Part shown: in pieces, positions 50,258 to 63,050 of the stretch
Layout: each line of letters starts with the position of its first letter
How positions within the stretch are numbered: the first letter of the stretch is position 1
Assembly: GCA_976551045.1 (NCBI GenBank)
Contig: CDPCPM010000148.1
Span: 3,100,001-3,164,000, forward strand
Direction of reading: 5' to 3'
Origin: Glaucostegus cemiculus
Lineage: Eukaryota
Length of the DNA stretch: 64,000 nt
Program-made: the position numbers and the translations under genes
The notes under the pieces: generated by a model
Database searches by the model: none
What the model was told of the DNA's origin: nothing
The model's input: the letters and a program-made list of their open reading frames with translations, nothing else

Positions 50258-52974
50258 TGCCTATCTGCAGCACGGATGAGTTGGATAAAATTTATTAATG
50301 TCCACAAGTGTTGGCAATTGATTCAAGGAGCATTTATACAGAAGATCATCTGAGTCAGATTAGTCACAACCCAATGAATAAACAGATACACTGTGATATT
50401 TTTACTTTTCTTGTCACCGTCAGACGCACTTCGCTCCTCGAGGGATGTTATAATCAATTGTTTGTTCAGCCTTTCGGAGCGGAAAGTTGCGAGCTCTTTC
50501 CGTCTGACGGGACCTCTGTGGCACGGAATGTCAACCGTTTCAGCGATCAATAATATTCAGAATATGATCACTCATGTGAGCTTTTTGATTCCTAATATTG
50601 ATATCGGACTGGTGCTGGAGGAATTTACGTGAGAACGTGTTTGTAATGTCAGCGGGTGAGGATTGTGGAGATAGTGACCCGAACATTGAAATTTAACGGC
50701 AGATATGGGAGGGAAAAGGGTGGTCAACATATTCTGGTTCTGAATTGGGCAAAGGCTGATTTCAATATCAAAAGACAAGATATGGCAGAAGCAGACTTGG
50801 AGAAGCTGCTTGATGAAAGCTCAAAATGAGGCAAGTGGGATAACTGAAAGGTGCAATTACGGGGATAAAGTTCCGTCGTGTTCCGATGAGTGAGAAAGTG
50901 ACGGATGACAAGTCCAATACGCACTGGATGTCCGAGGCATATCAGTTCCGAATTGGGGCAAGGCTGATTTCGATATAAAAAGACAAGACATGGATACCAA
51001 GGCTGCATAATAAATGGAGGAATCATGTGGATGGTATAAAAAAAGATCCAGGAGTCTGAATGTATGCGCCACAGGGACAGCTTCTGAATAACATCGAAAT
51101 TTGAAATAAAATAAAACTCCTCAGATCAAACCCGGGCCATCCCTGACGACATTTGTTAAAGACAGATCATTCAGCCAGAAGAAATGACTGTCAAAATGTT
51201 GAGTGAAGAGTAAGCTCACTGACAACCCAAATGAGCACACTTGTACAAACCCCGAGTCAGGATACTTCGTCAGGATCAAACACCGGCAGCAACTGGAAGA
51301 AATCTGGCCTCGGAGATCTGAGTAGTAATCCCAACAGAAAGTGAATCTTCAAACAGGACTAGAGAACGCAGGACTGCTCTAGAGTAGACCACTCTAAGCA
51401 TCAAGGAGCCAAGGTGTACCCGAAAGTTGACCAATACTCTGGGAACTAGTGCTACAGAAACCCAGGTAATTATGCGAGGCCCATGATGGGGCTCAGGTAT
51501 GTGTCATTGTGCAATAAGTGCAGCATGGAATCCATGTGCTGTACAACGAGGCATTCAAGGGACCAAATCAAGGGCATGTACTCAGAATCATGACAATGAC
51601 AATTTTATTCAGAGACAAAAACTACACACTGGAAACTATGTTCAGCAAAGTAAAAAAACAAAACTACAAAACATTCGTTGTGTGGGAAGAGGTGTTGCTG
51701 GGAAAGGAGAGAAAGAGAGAGAGAGAGAAATTTTACTCCGGCTTCTGCGGCCACTGGAGTTCAAATAGAACACTCCTCTTCTTTATTTTTGTATTTTTCT
51801 CGCTCCTTTTTGGCAAGATGAAATGCACAGCCGGAGACCAAAGAGCTTTTCACATGAGGAACACAGGTCATATTTGGTCAAGCTTACAGATGCAAATTGA
51901 GAAACAGATGCAAATGAATTTTGTTCCTGGAACTGAGAGTTGAGCTGGTTGGGCTTAAAGAAAAAAAAGAGAGTGACATGGCAGTTTGTGAGGTGCAATA
52001 GTCTGCTTGCACACAAAGTTGTCAATAATTTACTCTTGCCTCTGTGCCCATTGCAGTTATGAAATAAACACCACTGGTCAGTTCTTCCAGTTCTTATTTT
52101 CTGTTTGTAACGGGAAGCACACCGACCGGAAACGAAAGACGTCCACCCACTCCCTCCCCAACTCCAACACATGATGGTTCTCCGAGGTATTCTGTCCGAC
52201 ATATTCTGTCCAACATTTTCCTTCCTACATATTCTCCAGTCTGCAGCTCAATGTACAGCATCGACACGGTGTTGATGTGGGGTTAATTTATCCTTTGGCC
52301 TCCACCTCTATCAGCTGCTCTATTCATTAACTACCAACCCTAGCATGTGCTGATGAGGGCAGGAGGAGTGATTGGAGGAGGCAGAGCCAGTCTGCCCTTG
52401 ATGTGAGTCTGAATTGTCCACTTCTGTTTTGTAAATACTGAATCTTTCTAAACCGTTTTTCAGTGAAGAGCCAGTAAACTGACTCCTAACTGGCCAGACT
52501 GATCCATAGGCCTGTCTGAGCATCTGACGGTCTTGCGTCTGGTTTGGAGGAGATAAGGCTGGAATTGTCTGGAGCGAACTGAGAAGGTAAAACAAAAAAT
52601 GGGTCTGTGGAAACAAGGAAGAACGAGGTTTTCAGGTGCAATCTGCACTGTCGTCTGCTGCTCCTGGCGCAGGTGTAGCCTGTTTCTCACTCCTCTACCA
52701 TTGTAATCATCCAGGACGTTTTCCAGTTTATCTGGGGGTGCAAAGTTTAACAACTCCGGCGGGACAACGTGCACTCGTCCCCTGCGAATGGGACCAAAAG
52801 TGTACCCAATGTTGCTCTCATCCTGATGACCACCGTTTTGTAACTGTTGGTGGGTCAAAGTACGTGGTCATCAATTGTCACGGCATGCTGAGTTTCTACC
52901 TGTCCATAGGGTTGTGGAAAACAAACTTTCCAGGGAGGGTGGGATCTGCTCCGAAGGAACGGTTTGCGCCTGAA

Positions 52975-53920
52975 CAGGAGCGGGAATAACATACTTGCGA
53001 GTAGGATTACCAGTGCTGCTCCGGTGGGTTTTAACCAGACTTGCAGGGGGAGGGGAAGCAGAGTCTTGGAGAAGATAGTGAGGAGGAAAATGGTCATGCG
53101 AGGTCTGCAGGTATGGAATGAAATCAAAGGTTTGTACGTGATAGTAATGTTCTCCGGTGCATCTCTTTCAATGCAAGGAGTATTGTAGTTAAGGCGAATG
53201 AGTTGAGGGCATGCATTTACACGTGGGATAGCGATGTTATTGCTCTTGGTGAGACATAGTTGCAGGCAGGGACAGGACTGGGAGTTTAATGTTCCGGGCT
53301 TCCGTTGTGTCAGACGCGATAGAGGGGGAAAGATGAAAGGGGGAGGTGTGGCATTCCTGGTCAGGGAACAGATCACAGCTGTGCGCAGACAGGACAGCTC
53401 GGCAGGCTAGTCTACAGAGGGCATATGGGTGGAGCTGTGGAACAGGAAAGGTGTGGCCCAACTAATAGGGTTGTATTCTACACCACCCAATAGTCAGAGA
53501 GAATTGGAGGAACAAATATGTAGGGAGATAGCAGACTGATGTAAGAACCAGAAAGTTGAAATAGTAGGGTATTTCAACTTCCGACATATTGACTAGGGCG
53601 TCCATACTGCGAAAGGGTTGGATGGTTTGCAATTTGTCAAATGTGTTCAGGAAAGTTTTCTAAATCAATATATAGATGGATCTACGAGAGAGAATGCAAT
53701 ACTGGGTCCAGGCAGGTTAGATGACAGAGATATATTGAGGTGAGAATTTTGGTTCCAGTAACCATAATGTAATTAGTTTCAAGATAATTATGGATAAGGA
53801 TAGGTCTAGTCCTCGGGTGGAGGTTCGAAATCGGAGAAAGGCCAATATTGTGCAAATGAGAAAAGATCCAGGTCGGATGCATTGGGATAAGTTAGTTTCT
53901 GGCAAGGATATGCTCAGTAA
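52975..53920 (+). mobile_element. Older CR1 element, 5' part (ORF1 end and endonuclease)
   Basis: FNARSIV.K..EL, ET.LQ, GGGVAFLV, Y.PPNS and SNHN motifs; continues at 57960. Confidence 0.85.
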
Positions 53921-56900
53921 GTTACTGTTTCGACTCGGGGGGCTTCGGAAGGCCTCGGAGGACTTCGGAGAAGTTAAGTCTTTTTCCTTTTATCTTTTTA
54001 TTAAGTCTAGGGTTTAGTTTTTGGTAAGGGAGTAAACTACTAGGATTAGTTTGTATTTATAAGTAATTTTAGTAGGGTTCAAGAAGTTTTAAGGGGTCGA
54101 GTGAGGGCTGGACTGCACAGGCGTGGCGCGGGCAGCTTAAAAGGCAACCATCCTCTAGAGCGGATAGCGGAGTGAGGGGGAAGCAGAGTGGTCAGGCTTT
54201 GGCACAAGGGGCTTTGGCACACAGGGGCTTCGCGAAGAGGAGGCTGGTGAGCCTGAGTACGTGCTGCTGAGATATAAGGTAAGGTCTGGTCGGTACCATT
54301 TATCTTGATTTGTTGCAACTAATCAGGGAGCAGGATATGGGGAGACAGGCAGAGCAGTGATGTGCTCCGTAAGCAGTATGTGGGAGGTCAGGGTCAGCAC
54401 AGTTGACCCTGGTGACCACACCTGCAAAAGGTGCGTCCAGCTGCGGCTCCTAACGTACCGAGTTAGGGAATTGGAGCAGCAGCTGGACGAACTATGCATC
54501 ATTCGGAAGGCGGAGGCAGAGATAGATCAGAGTTTTAGGGAGGTAGTCACACCGATAAGACAGGAGGCGGGTAACTGGTTAACTGTCAGGAGAGGGAAGG
54601 GGAGCAGGCAGAGAGAGCAGAGCACCCCTGTGGCTGTCCCCATCAATAATAGGTATACCGCTTTGGATACTGTTGGTGGGGATGACCTACCAGGAACTAG
54701 TTGCGGAGGTCCGGTCTCTGGCACCGAGACTGGACCCTCAACTCAGAAGAGCAAGAAGGAAGATAGGAGAGCGGTAGTGATAGGGGACTCTATAGTCCGG
54801 CGGAAGAATGGGGAATTCTGTGGGGAAGATCGGGAATTCCGAATGGTCTGTTGCCTCCCTGGTGCCAGGGTCCGGGATATCTCAGATCGGGTTCTGGTTA
54901 TTCTCAGGAGGGAGGGAGTGAACCCAGATGTTGTTATCCATGTGGAGACTAACGACGTGGGCAGGAAAAGAGAGGAGGTCCTGCATAAGGAGTTCAGGGA
55001 GTTAGGTGCTAAGCTGAGGGGCAGGACATCCAGGGTGACAATCTCAGGATTGCTACCTGTGCCACGTGAGAGTGAGGAGAGGAATAGGAAGATTAGGCAG
55101 ATTAATACGTGGCTGAGGGGATGGTGCGAGAGGGAAGGCTTCAGGTTAATGGATAATTGGGATTTGTTCCAGGGAAGGTGGGATCTGTTCCAACGGGATG
55201 GTTTACCCCTGAACTGGAGGGGTATTGACATGCTTACAGGAAGGTTTGCTAGTGCTGCTCGGGGGGGGGGGGGGTTAAACTAAATTTGCAGGGGGAGGGG
55301 ATCCGGAATGAGAGAGAGGATAGCGAGATGGAGGGTAGCGGACAGGTAGAACCAACACAATTTTGGAACATTAATACGAATGGAGAGAGGAGAAATGGGT
55401 TAAAAATCCTATATCTGAATGCACAGAGTTTCAGAAATAAGGTAGGGGAGCTTGAAGCTCAGATGCAAATAAGTAAGTTTGATGTTGTTGGGACAACAGA
55501 GACATGGCTGCAGGGAGATCAGACCTGGAAAATGAATTTTCAAGGGTATACATGCTATCGTAAGGACAGGAAGGTAGGCAGAGGGGGTGGGGTGGCCCTG
55601 TTGGTGAGGAATGAGGTTCAGTCCCTTGAAAGGGTGGATGGACATTGAATCAGGAGAAGTAGATTCAGTGTGGATAGAACTGAGAAACTGTAAGGGCAAA
55701 AAGACCCTAATGGGTGTTACCTACAGGCATCCGAACGGTGGCATGGATATTGTGTGCAAGCTGAATAGTGAGTTAACGTTGGCATGCGGCAAGGGTAATG
55801 TCACGGTAGTTATGGGGGATTTCAATATGCAAGTGGACTGGGAGGATCAGGCTGGTGCTGGGCCCCAGGAAAGGGAGTTTATAGAGTGCCTCCGGGATGC
55901 ATTCTTGGAGCAGCTGGTACGAGAGCCTACCAGGGAGAAGGCTATTCTGGATTTAATGTTGTGTAATGAGCAGGATTTGATAAGGGAACTCAAAGTAAAG
56001 GTGCCATTGGGAGGTAGTGACCATAATATGATGTTTTTATCTGCAAGTGGAGAGGGAAAAGGGCAAATCAGAAGGGACAGTATTGCAGTTGAACAAATGA
56101 AACTATGTAGCCATGAGGGAGGAGCTGGCTAAAGTTGACTGGACTGGAATCCTAGTAGAATTGACGTTGGAACAGCAATGGCAGGTATTTTTGGGACTAA
56201 TGCGCAAGATGCAGGATCAGTTCATTCCCCAGAGAAGAAAAGACTCAAAGAGGGGAAAAGGACCACCCTGGCTGATAAAAGAAGTCAGGGATAGCATAGT
56301 TTTAAAAAGGAAGTGTGGCAGAGCTAAGCTGAGTGGGAAGGCAGAAGATTGGGAATTGTTTAAGTGCAGCAGAATTTAACTAAAAAGGTAATTCAGGAAG
56401 AAAAAAATGAGGTACGAAGGCAAGCTAGCTAGGAATATCAAAGGGGATAGCAAAATCTTTCTTAGGTATGTGAAGGGAAAGAAGCTAGTTAAGAACAATG
56501 TTGGGCTCTTGAAGACTGAATAGGGTGAAATTATTACGGGAAACTGGGAGATGGCAGTCGAATTTAATAAGTACTTTGGATCTGTATTCACTGGGGAAGA
56601 CGTAAGAAATCTCCCAGAGCTACGGATGGACAAAAGGCAGAGGGTGATGGAGGAACTGAAGTGGATTGACATTAGGAAATAAATGGTGATGGGTAGACTA
56701 ATGGGACTGAAGGCTGACAAATCTCCAGGTCCGGATGGTCTGCATCCCAGGGTACTGAAGGAGCTGGCTCGAGAAATTGTGGATGCATTGGTGATCATTT
56801 TCCGATGTTCCCTAGAATCTGGGTCAGTTCCTGAGGATTGGAGAGTGGCCAATGTTATCCCACTTTTTAAGAAAGGAGGGAGGGAGAAAACGGAGAGCTA

Positions 56901-57957
56901 TTGTCCGGTTAGCCGGACGTCTGTGGTGGGGAAGATTAGCATCTTCCATTATTAAGGAAGATTATTAAGGATGAAATAGCGGCATATTTGGATAGCAATG
57001 ATAGGATTGTGTCGAGTCAACATGGATTTACCAAGGGCAAATCTTGCTTGACTAATCTACTGGAGTTTTTTGAGGATGTAACCAGGAAAATAGACGAGGG
57101 AGATTTGGTGGATGTCGTGTACCTCGACTTTCAGAAGGCATTTGATAAGGTGCCGCACAGGAGATTGGAGAGTAAAATGAGGGTTCATGGAATTGCGGGG
57201 AGGGTATTAACTTGGATAGAAAACTGGTTGGCAGATAGGAAACAAAGGGTAGGGGTGAATGGATGTTTCTCAGAGTGGCTGACTGTGACTAGTGGGGTGC
57301 CACAGGGCTCGGTGCTGGGGCCGCAGCTATTTAATATCTATGTTAATAATTTAGATGAAGGCATTGAGAATAACATTAGGAAATTTGCTTCTGGAGTATT
57401 GTGTACTGTTTTGGTCTCCCGGGTTAAGGAAGGATATCCTGGCTATAGAGGGCGTGCAGCGTAGGTTTACGAGGTTAATACCGGGGATGTCAGGACTGTC
57501 TTATGCAGAGAGGTTGGATAGACTGGGATTGTACACACTGGAATTGAGAAGATTGAGAGGGGATCTGATTGAAACATACAAGATTGTTAAGGGATTGGAC
57601 AAGATAGATGACAGGAAATATGTCCCAGATGTTGAGGATGTCTTGAACCAGAGGGCATGATTTAAGAATAAGTGGTAGGCCATTTAGGACAGAGGTGAGG
57701 AAAAACTTCTTCTCTCAGAGGGTTGTTAGTTTGTGGAACGCACTGCTTCAGTGGGCAGTGGAGGCCAATTCTCTGAGCACTTTCAAGAAGGAGCTAGATA
57801 GGTGTCTTATAGATAGGGGAATCAAGGGATATGGGGAAAAGGCAGGAACGGGATATTGAGTGTTGAGGATCAGCCATGATCTCAAAATGGCGGAGCAGAC
57901 TCGAAGGGCCGAATGGTCTACTTCTGCTCCGATAGTCTATTGTATATTGTCTATTGT
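53921..57957 (+). mobile_element. Near full-length CR1 LINE (5' UTR, ORF1, ORF2 with internal RT deletion, TCTATTG-type tail) nested in the older CR1
   Basis: ORF2 motifs [39 protein letters not shown] and PQGSVLGP. Sequence jumps from KFA to LEYCV near 57388. Tail gtctattgtatattgtctattg. Confidence 0.93.
54357..55283 (+). CDS. CR1 ORF1 protein (Zn-finger, coiled coil, SGNH esterase-like domain); probably inactive
   Basis: C..SMW and CKRC, a heptad segment, then VIGDS, CLPGA, HVETND and DGLPLN (catalytic His replaced by Pro). Confidence 0.85.
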   Translation: MMCSVSSMWEVRVSTVDPGDHTCKRCVQLRLLTYRVRELEQQLDELCIIRKAEAEIDQSFREVVTPIRQEAGNWLTVRRGKGSRQREQSTPVAVPINNRYTALDTVGGDDLPGTSCGGPVSGTETGPSTQKSKKEDRRAVVIGDSIVRRKNGEFCGEDREFRMVCCLPGARVRDISDRVLVILRREGVNPDVVIHVETNDVGRKREEVLHKEFRELGAKLRGRTSRVTISGLLPVPRESEERNRKIRQINTWLRGWCEREGFRLMDNWDLFQGRWDLFQRDGLPLNWRGIDMLTGRFASAARGGGGLN

Positions 57958-59590
57958 AAATGGAAAGCCTTCAAAGACGAAATTTTGAGAGTGCAGACTT
58001 CGCATGCTCCTGTCAGGATTAAAGTCAAAGTTAACAATCATAAGGGATCTTGGTTTTCCAGTGATATTGGTGACTGGATATGAAAAAAAAAACAGAGGTG
58101 TATAGCAGGTATAAGCATCCAGGAACGGATGAGGTACTTGAAGAATTCAGGAAATGTAAGGAAATACCAGAAAAGGAAATTAGGAAGGCACAAAGAAGAC
58201 ATGAGGTTGCTTTTGCAGATAATGTGAAGATAAACCCGGAGGGTTTCTACTGTATATATGAAGAGTGAAAGGATAGTAAGGGACAAAATTGGTCACCTAG
58301 AATATCAGAATAGTCGTATATGTGTATAGCCTCAAGAGATGGGGGAGGTTTTAAACACTTTTTTTTGCATCAGTATTTGCTCAGGAAACTGGCATCGTGG
58401 ATATGGAAGGAAGGAAAACAAGGGCCAGTGTCATGGAACAGATAGAGATTAAAAAGGAGGAGGTACTTGATGTTTTACAGGGAATAAAGGCAGATTGATC
58501 CCTCGGGCCTGACAAGATATTTCCTCGGACCCTGAGAAAGAGTAGCGTAGAAATTGCAGGGGCTCTGGAAGATATATTTAAAATGCCCTTAGTCATGGGT
58601 GCGGTGCCGGAGTACTGGAGGAAGCTCATATTGTTCCATTGTTTAAAAAGGCTCGAAGAGTAAACCAGGTAATTACAGGCCGGTGAGCCTGACATCAGTA
58701 GTAGGTAAATTATTGGAAGGTGTTCTGATAGATAGGTAAGTATTTATGCATGTAAATATTTGGACAGCCTAAGGCTGATTAAGAATAGTCAGCATGGCTT
58801 TGTGAGAGGTAGATCGTGTTTAACGAAACTTGTCGAGCTTTTTGAGAGGTCACTAAGAAAGTGGATGAAGGAAAGGCTGTGGATGTCGTCAACATTGACT
58901 TTAGTAAGGCCTTTGACAAGATTCCACATGGGAGATTAGTTGAGAAAGTTCAGTCAATGGGTATCCATGGAAATCTTATAAACTGGATTCGAAATTGGCT
59001 GAGTGGGAAAAGACAGAGAGTGATTGTGGATGGTTGTTTCTCAGATTTGAGGCCTGTGACTCGTGGTCTGCCTCAGGAATCTGTGTTGGGGTCGTTGTTG
59101 TTTGTTGTCAATATCAATGATCTTGATGCTAATCTGGTAAATTGGATTAGTATATTTGAGTTTGACACTAAGATTGAAGGTGTAGTGGACAGCGACTCAG
59201 GCTTTCAAAGCTTGCAGAGGGATCTGAACCAAATGGAAAAATGATCCAGTGAACGGCAGATGGAATTTAATGCGGACAAGTGTGTAATGTTGCATTTTCG
59301 AAGGACAAATTAAGAGCGGACATACACAGTATATCGCAGGGCACGGAGGAGTGCTGAGGAACAAAGGGATCTGGAGTTCAGATACATAATTTTCTGAAAG
59401 GGTAGTCACAGGTAGACTTTTGCCATCCCGGCATTTATAAATCAAAGTACTGAGTATCGGAGTTGGAATGTTATCGTGAGGTTGGTGAGACCAAATTTGG
59501 AAGGTTGTGTGCATTTTCGGTCGCCGAACAACATGAAGAATGTCAGTAAGACTGAAAGAGTGCAGACGAGATTTACCAGAATGTTACCAT
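57958..59590 (+). mobile_element. Older CR1 element, 3' part (RT)
   Basis: Resumes KW.AFKDEILRVQ; NYRPVSLTS, QHGF, DFSKAFDK and PQESVLG. Confidence 0.88.
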
Positions 59591-62500
59591 ATTCGTATTG
59601 CATGCTTAACGATTGGGTTAGTCATATGTTTACTTAATTTGGTAAATGCCAAAGGGAGTGAAGCTCCTAAAATAGAAATAATGAGAATTCAAGTTCTGTT
59701 TGGTACTCAAGGTGTAACTATTTATGGCAGTGAATCACGTCTAAGTCTTATATCCAAAAAAAATGATATCAATTGCCTAGTAATATAATCTAAAATTAGG
59801 CAAGGCCATACCACCATCCTTTCTTTTAGTTTTTGTGAATATTTTTGAGTTAACCTTGGGATTTTGTTCTGGTAAATATATGAAATAATTTTAGAATCAA
59901 CAGTGTCAAAAAAAGATTTCGAGATAACAGTTGGAATCGCTTGAAATACATAGAAAGGTTTTGGGGAACTATTTATTTATTTTAATCGCATTAATTCCGG
60001 CTACCAATGATAAGACAGTGGAGACCACTTACTAAGTAATTATTTAACTTGATCAATTAAAGGCAATAAATTAGCTTTAAAGAAATCCTTATGTTTGTTG
60101 GTAATTTTAACATCTATAAACATATCATAATCAGTTATCAATCTAAAAGGTAACTGCCTATACATTGAGGTTTGCATATTCAGTGGAAAAAGTTTGCTCT
60201 TATTGTGATTTAGTCTATAGCCTTTAGTCTTTATAGCGATTTAGTCTTTAGAAAAAAAAAACCCATATATCACTAAACTGATCTAATAGTGATAGTACTG
60301 CGGGTATAGATTGTTGATGGCGCTCCATGGACTAAGTCACAATTTGGCTTTGGCCCAGGCACATTTCAATCTACGATTTACTACCATTTAAATGGGGTGG
60401 AGAGTGGGGATAGTGGTGTTTGTGGGAGAGTGGTTTCTGTGGTAGAAGAGTGGAGGGACCTCTGGAGTGAATTCCCGTCGCTGTTCAATATTCACGATCA
60501 CCAGCGTAGTGTGGGTTGATACAAGCCATCAGCTCTACCAAAGCGCTGCATGCCCGACATGTTAACAACTCTGTACGTAATGTATCTCGTGTGTCTCTAC
60601 CGGTGATCACAAAGCACAGAAATCGCAACAAAGCAAAATGGAGCTGAATTACATCATTCGGCCCTTCCAGCCCGCTCCGCCATTTAATACTAAAATGGCT
60701 GATAATCTATGTTCTCTCCTATTTACCCAGTCGCTCACATACCCTCGATGCTTCTTTTGCCGATAAATCTATCTGTCCTATTCTGAGCATACTTGTTGGT
60801 CTGGAGGAGTGATTGAGAAGATGGGGCAGTGTCATCCCGCGGCACACACACAGCTGAACTCTTGTATTGTCAGCTAATTGCTGGACAGGTTTGTACAGTG
60901 GAATTGAACATCTTTTCTTTCCGTTTGAAATATGCAGGCAGCTGAGGATAGAGCAAATATCGTGGCGACACTTGCCGTCTGCCCCGAGAATCACGACGCA
61001 AAAAATGTATTTCACTGTGTGTTTCGATGTATATGTGACTAATAAAGATCTTATCTTAGGTTGAAGGTCTGCGTTAAAGACATGGATAAAGAGAATATAA
61101 TTATGCTGTCAAAATATGAAGCTTTAAAATGTCATCTTACAGATCTCGCGAGAGGTGGGCTTTAGTTGTGGAAAGACAAGTCTGTGAAAATGTGGATTTA
61201 TTTGCTGAACCGGAAGCAGAGATCGACTGTAAAGTTCTCCGAATAAAGGTACAACTGAGGCACGGAATGTCTCACAGTCGTTTCTTGGTTAAGCATTACC
61301 AGCTGGAAATCGTTGGAGTTTTATTCAATTGCCAAGAGCGGCAGGGTTCAGTGTTGTCCAAATAAGGATAGAGACAAAGCCTGGCATTAAAAATGACCGG
61401 GAGGAAATCCACACACAACGTTCAGAGTAAAGAGTAAATGTTCTTTCACTGTGGTTAAAGTAGATACAAGGGAAGTTATCGTTCAAACAGAGAAGCAGAG
61501 AACATCCGGAACACTGACGAAACACAATCTCCAGAGTGTTTGATGTATTTGTTCTAATTTCTACATGTCCTTATACTCCAGTGTTACTTATCCTAACCTA
61601 ATCCGTAAAATACGTCCGGGGAAAGCGTGATGCAATGTTGATATCTCCAGTTTGTCCTGGACTGATTTCAGGATCATTACCGACTCACCAGTGAGCGTTA
61701 AAACGGTGCCCGAAGAGCCCACGGAAGTGCTAAAGCAGGCCGATAAAAATACAGGCATGAAGTGTGTTTTAATACAATATGAATACAAAATACTTCCTGC
61801 TTTATCAATGAATTGAAAATCAGAGGAACATATTTGGACGATTAGGTTGAAATGTGGCGCGTCAGAGACTCGGCGAGAAGAGGTCGACAATTAGAGACAG
61901 TCAAATTGTGGATGAATTAAGCAGTTTCATGGAGAGTGTAGACGAGGTGCGCAGTGCGAGCAAAATTCATTATCAATTGATGCTTGTGTTTTATATGCCT
62001 GAGATTGACAATATTTTAAATATTTTGGCTCGGTATCACCATAAAGACATGGCAAATGACAAACGAGCAAACAAAGGAGCAAATAAATGTTCACTGTGTG
62101 TTCAGAGAAACTCATTTACATGTGGATACTAGAGAAGTTTGATTTTTTTTTACTGGAAAGTTGTGCTTGGACAGGAAATGAAGGGTGAGAATTATCTATA
62201 GAATCTGAACCTATGAAATATTTACAGAAGTATGGGGATATATTTTTATTTATTTATCTAAGAACGACATCAGCCCTCATGTGTTAGGTGTGAGTTGGTC
62301 AAATTTGTTCTTTCTTTACTGGAAAATGCTGTCCTCAGTCTGTGTATATATTGTACCCAGTTGCGTGGCAACTCGATGTCTGAATGCACTACCTCAGGCT
62401 GTTCTCGGATCTGTTTGGACTTGTTGATGTCATGAGACACACGGGGATACAGTTACCCTCTGTTATTTCATATCTCAGCAACCCGGGGTTTTCGATTTTA

Positions 62501-62980
62501 GCACTAAACCCACCTGAATGACAAGACGTTGGCTAAGATATCCCCCTCCCCTCAAGAAGGCTTATCCCTCGTTTTACCTGTGACAGTAAACGCACTTCAT
62601 TCTGCCAGTAAGTGATACCACCAATGTTATCATTGTTTGCTGATTGGCGGAGATTGCGTTTGGTGTAAAAAAGGAAGATTGGTTCACACTTCGAGACACA
62701 CAATAGAATATGCAGCTCAATCCAATGAAGTTCTTTCCAAACAACATGAAATTAAATTGTCTGTAACATCCTTCGAAGGGTTCAATATATTACGCAATGT
62801 CACAATGAGTTAAAATAGATTACATTATTTTTTTTTTTGTTTCGGTGGCTCTGGATAATCTGACCCAGGAGTACACAAATCGGCTTCTCGGGCATTCGGC
62901 CTCGTGCATAAGAGCCCCTTGAAACAGAGCGTATGTGCATTTGGGACGTTATGTACAACTGATTGCTGCTTCAAGTGGAA

Positions 62981-63050
62981 ATGGGATATCCAGCAATATT
63001 TCAAATCGCCAGAATTTACTACCCTGTACTTGCAGCGGCTGGTATTCCTG
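62981..63050 (+). CDS. Coding exon 1 of GPCR copy E; exon 2 presumably beyond the right window edge
   Basis: MGYPAIFQIARIYYPVLAAAGIP + G|GTAAG, 70 nt. Flanks and intron start are paralogous to those of copy C. Confidence 0.88.
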
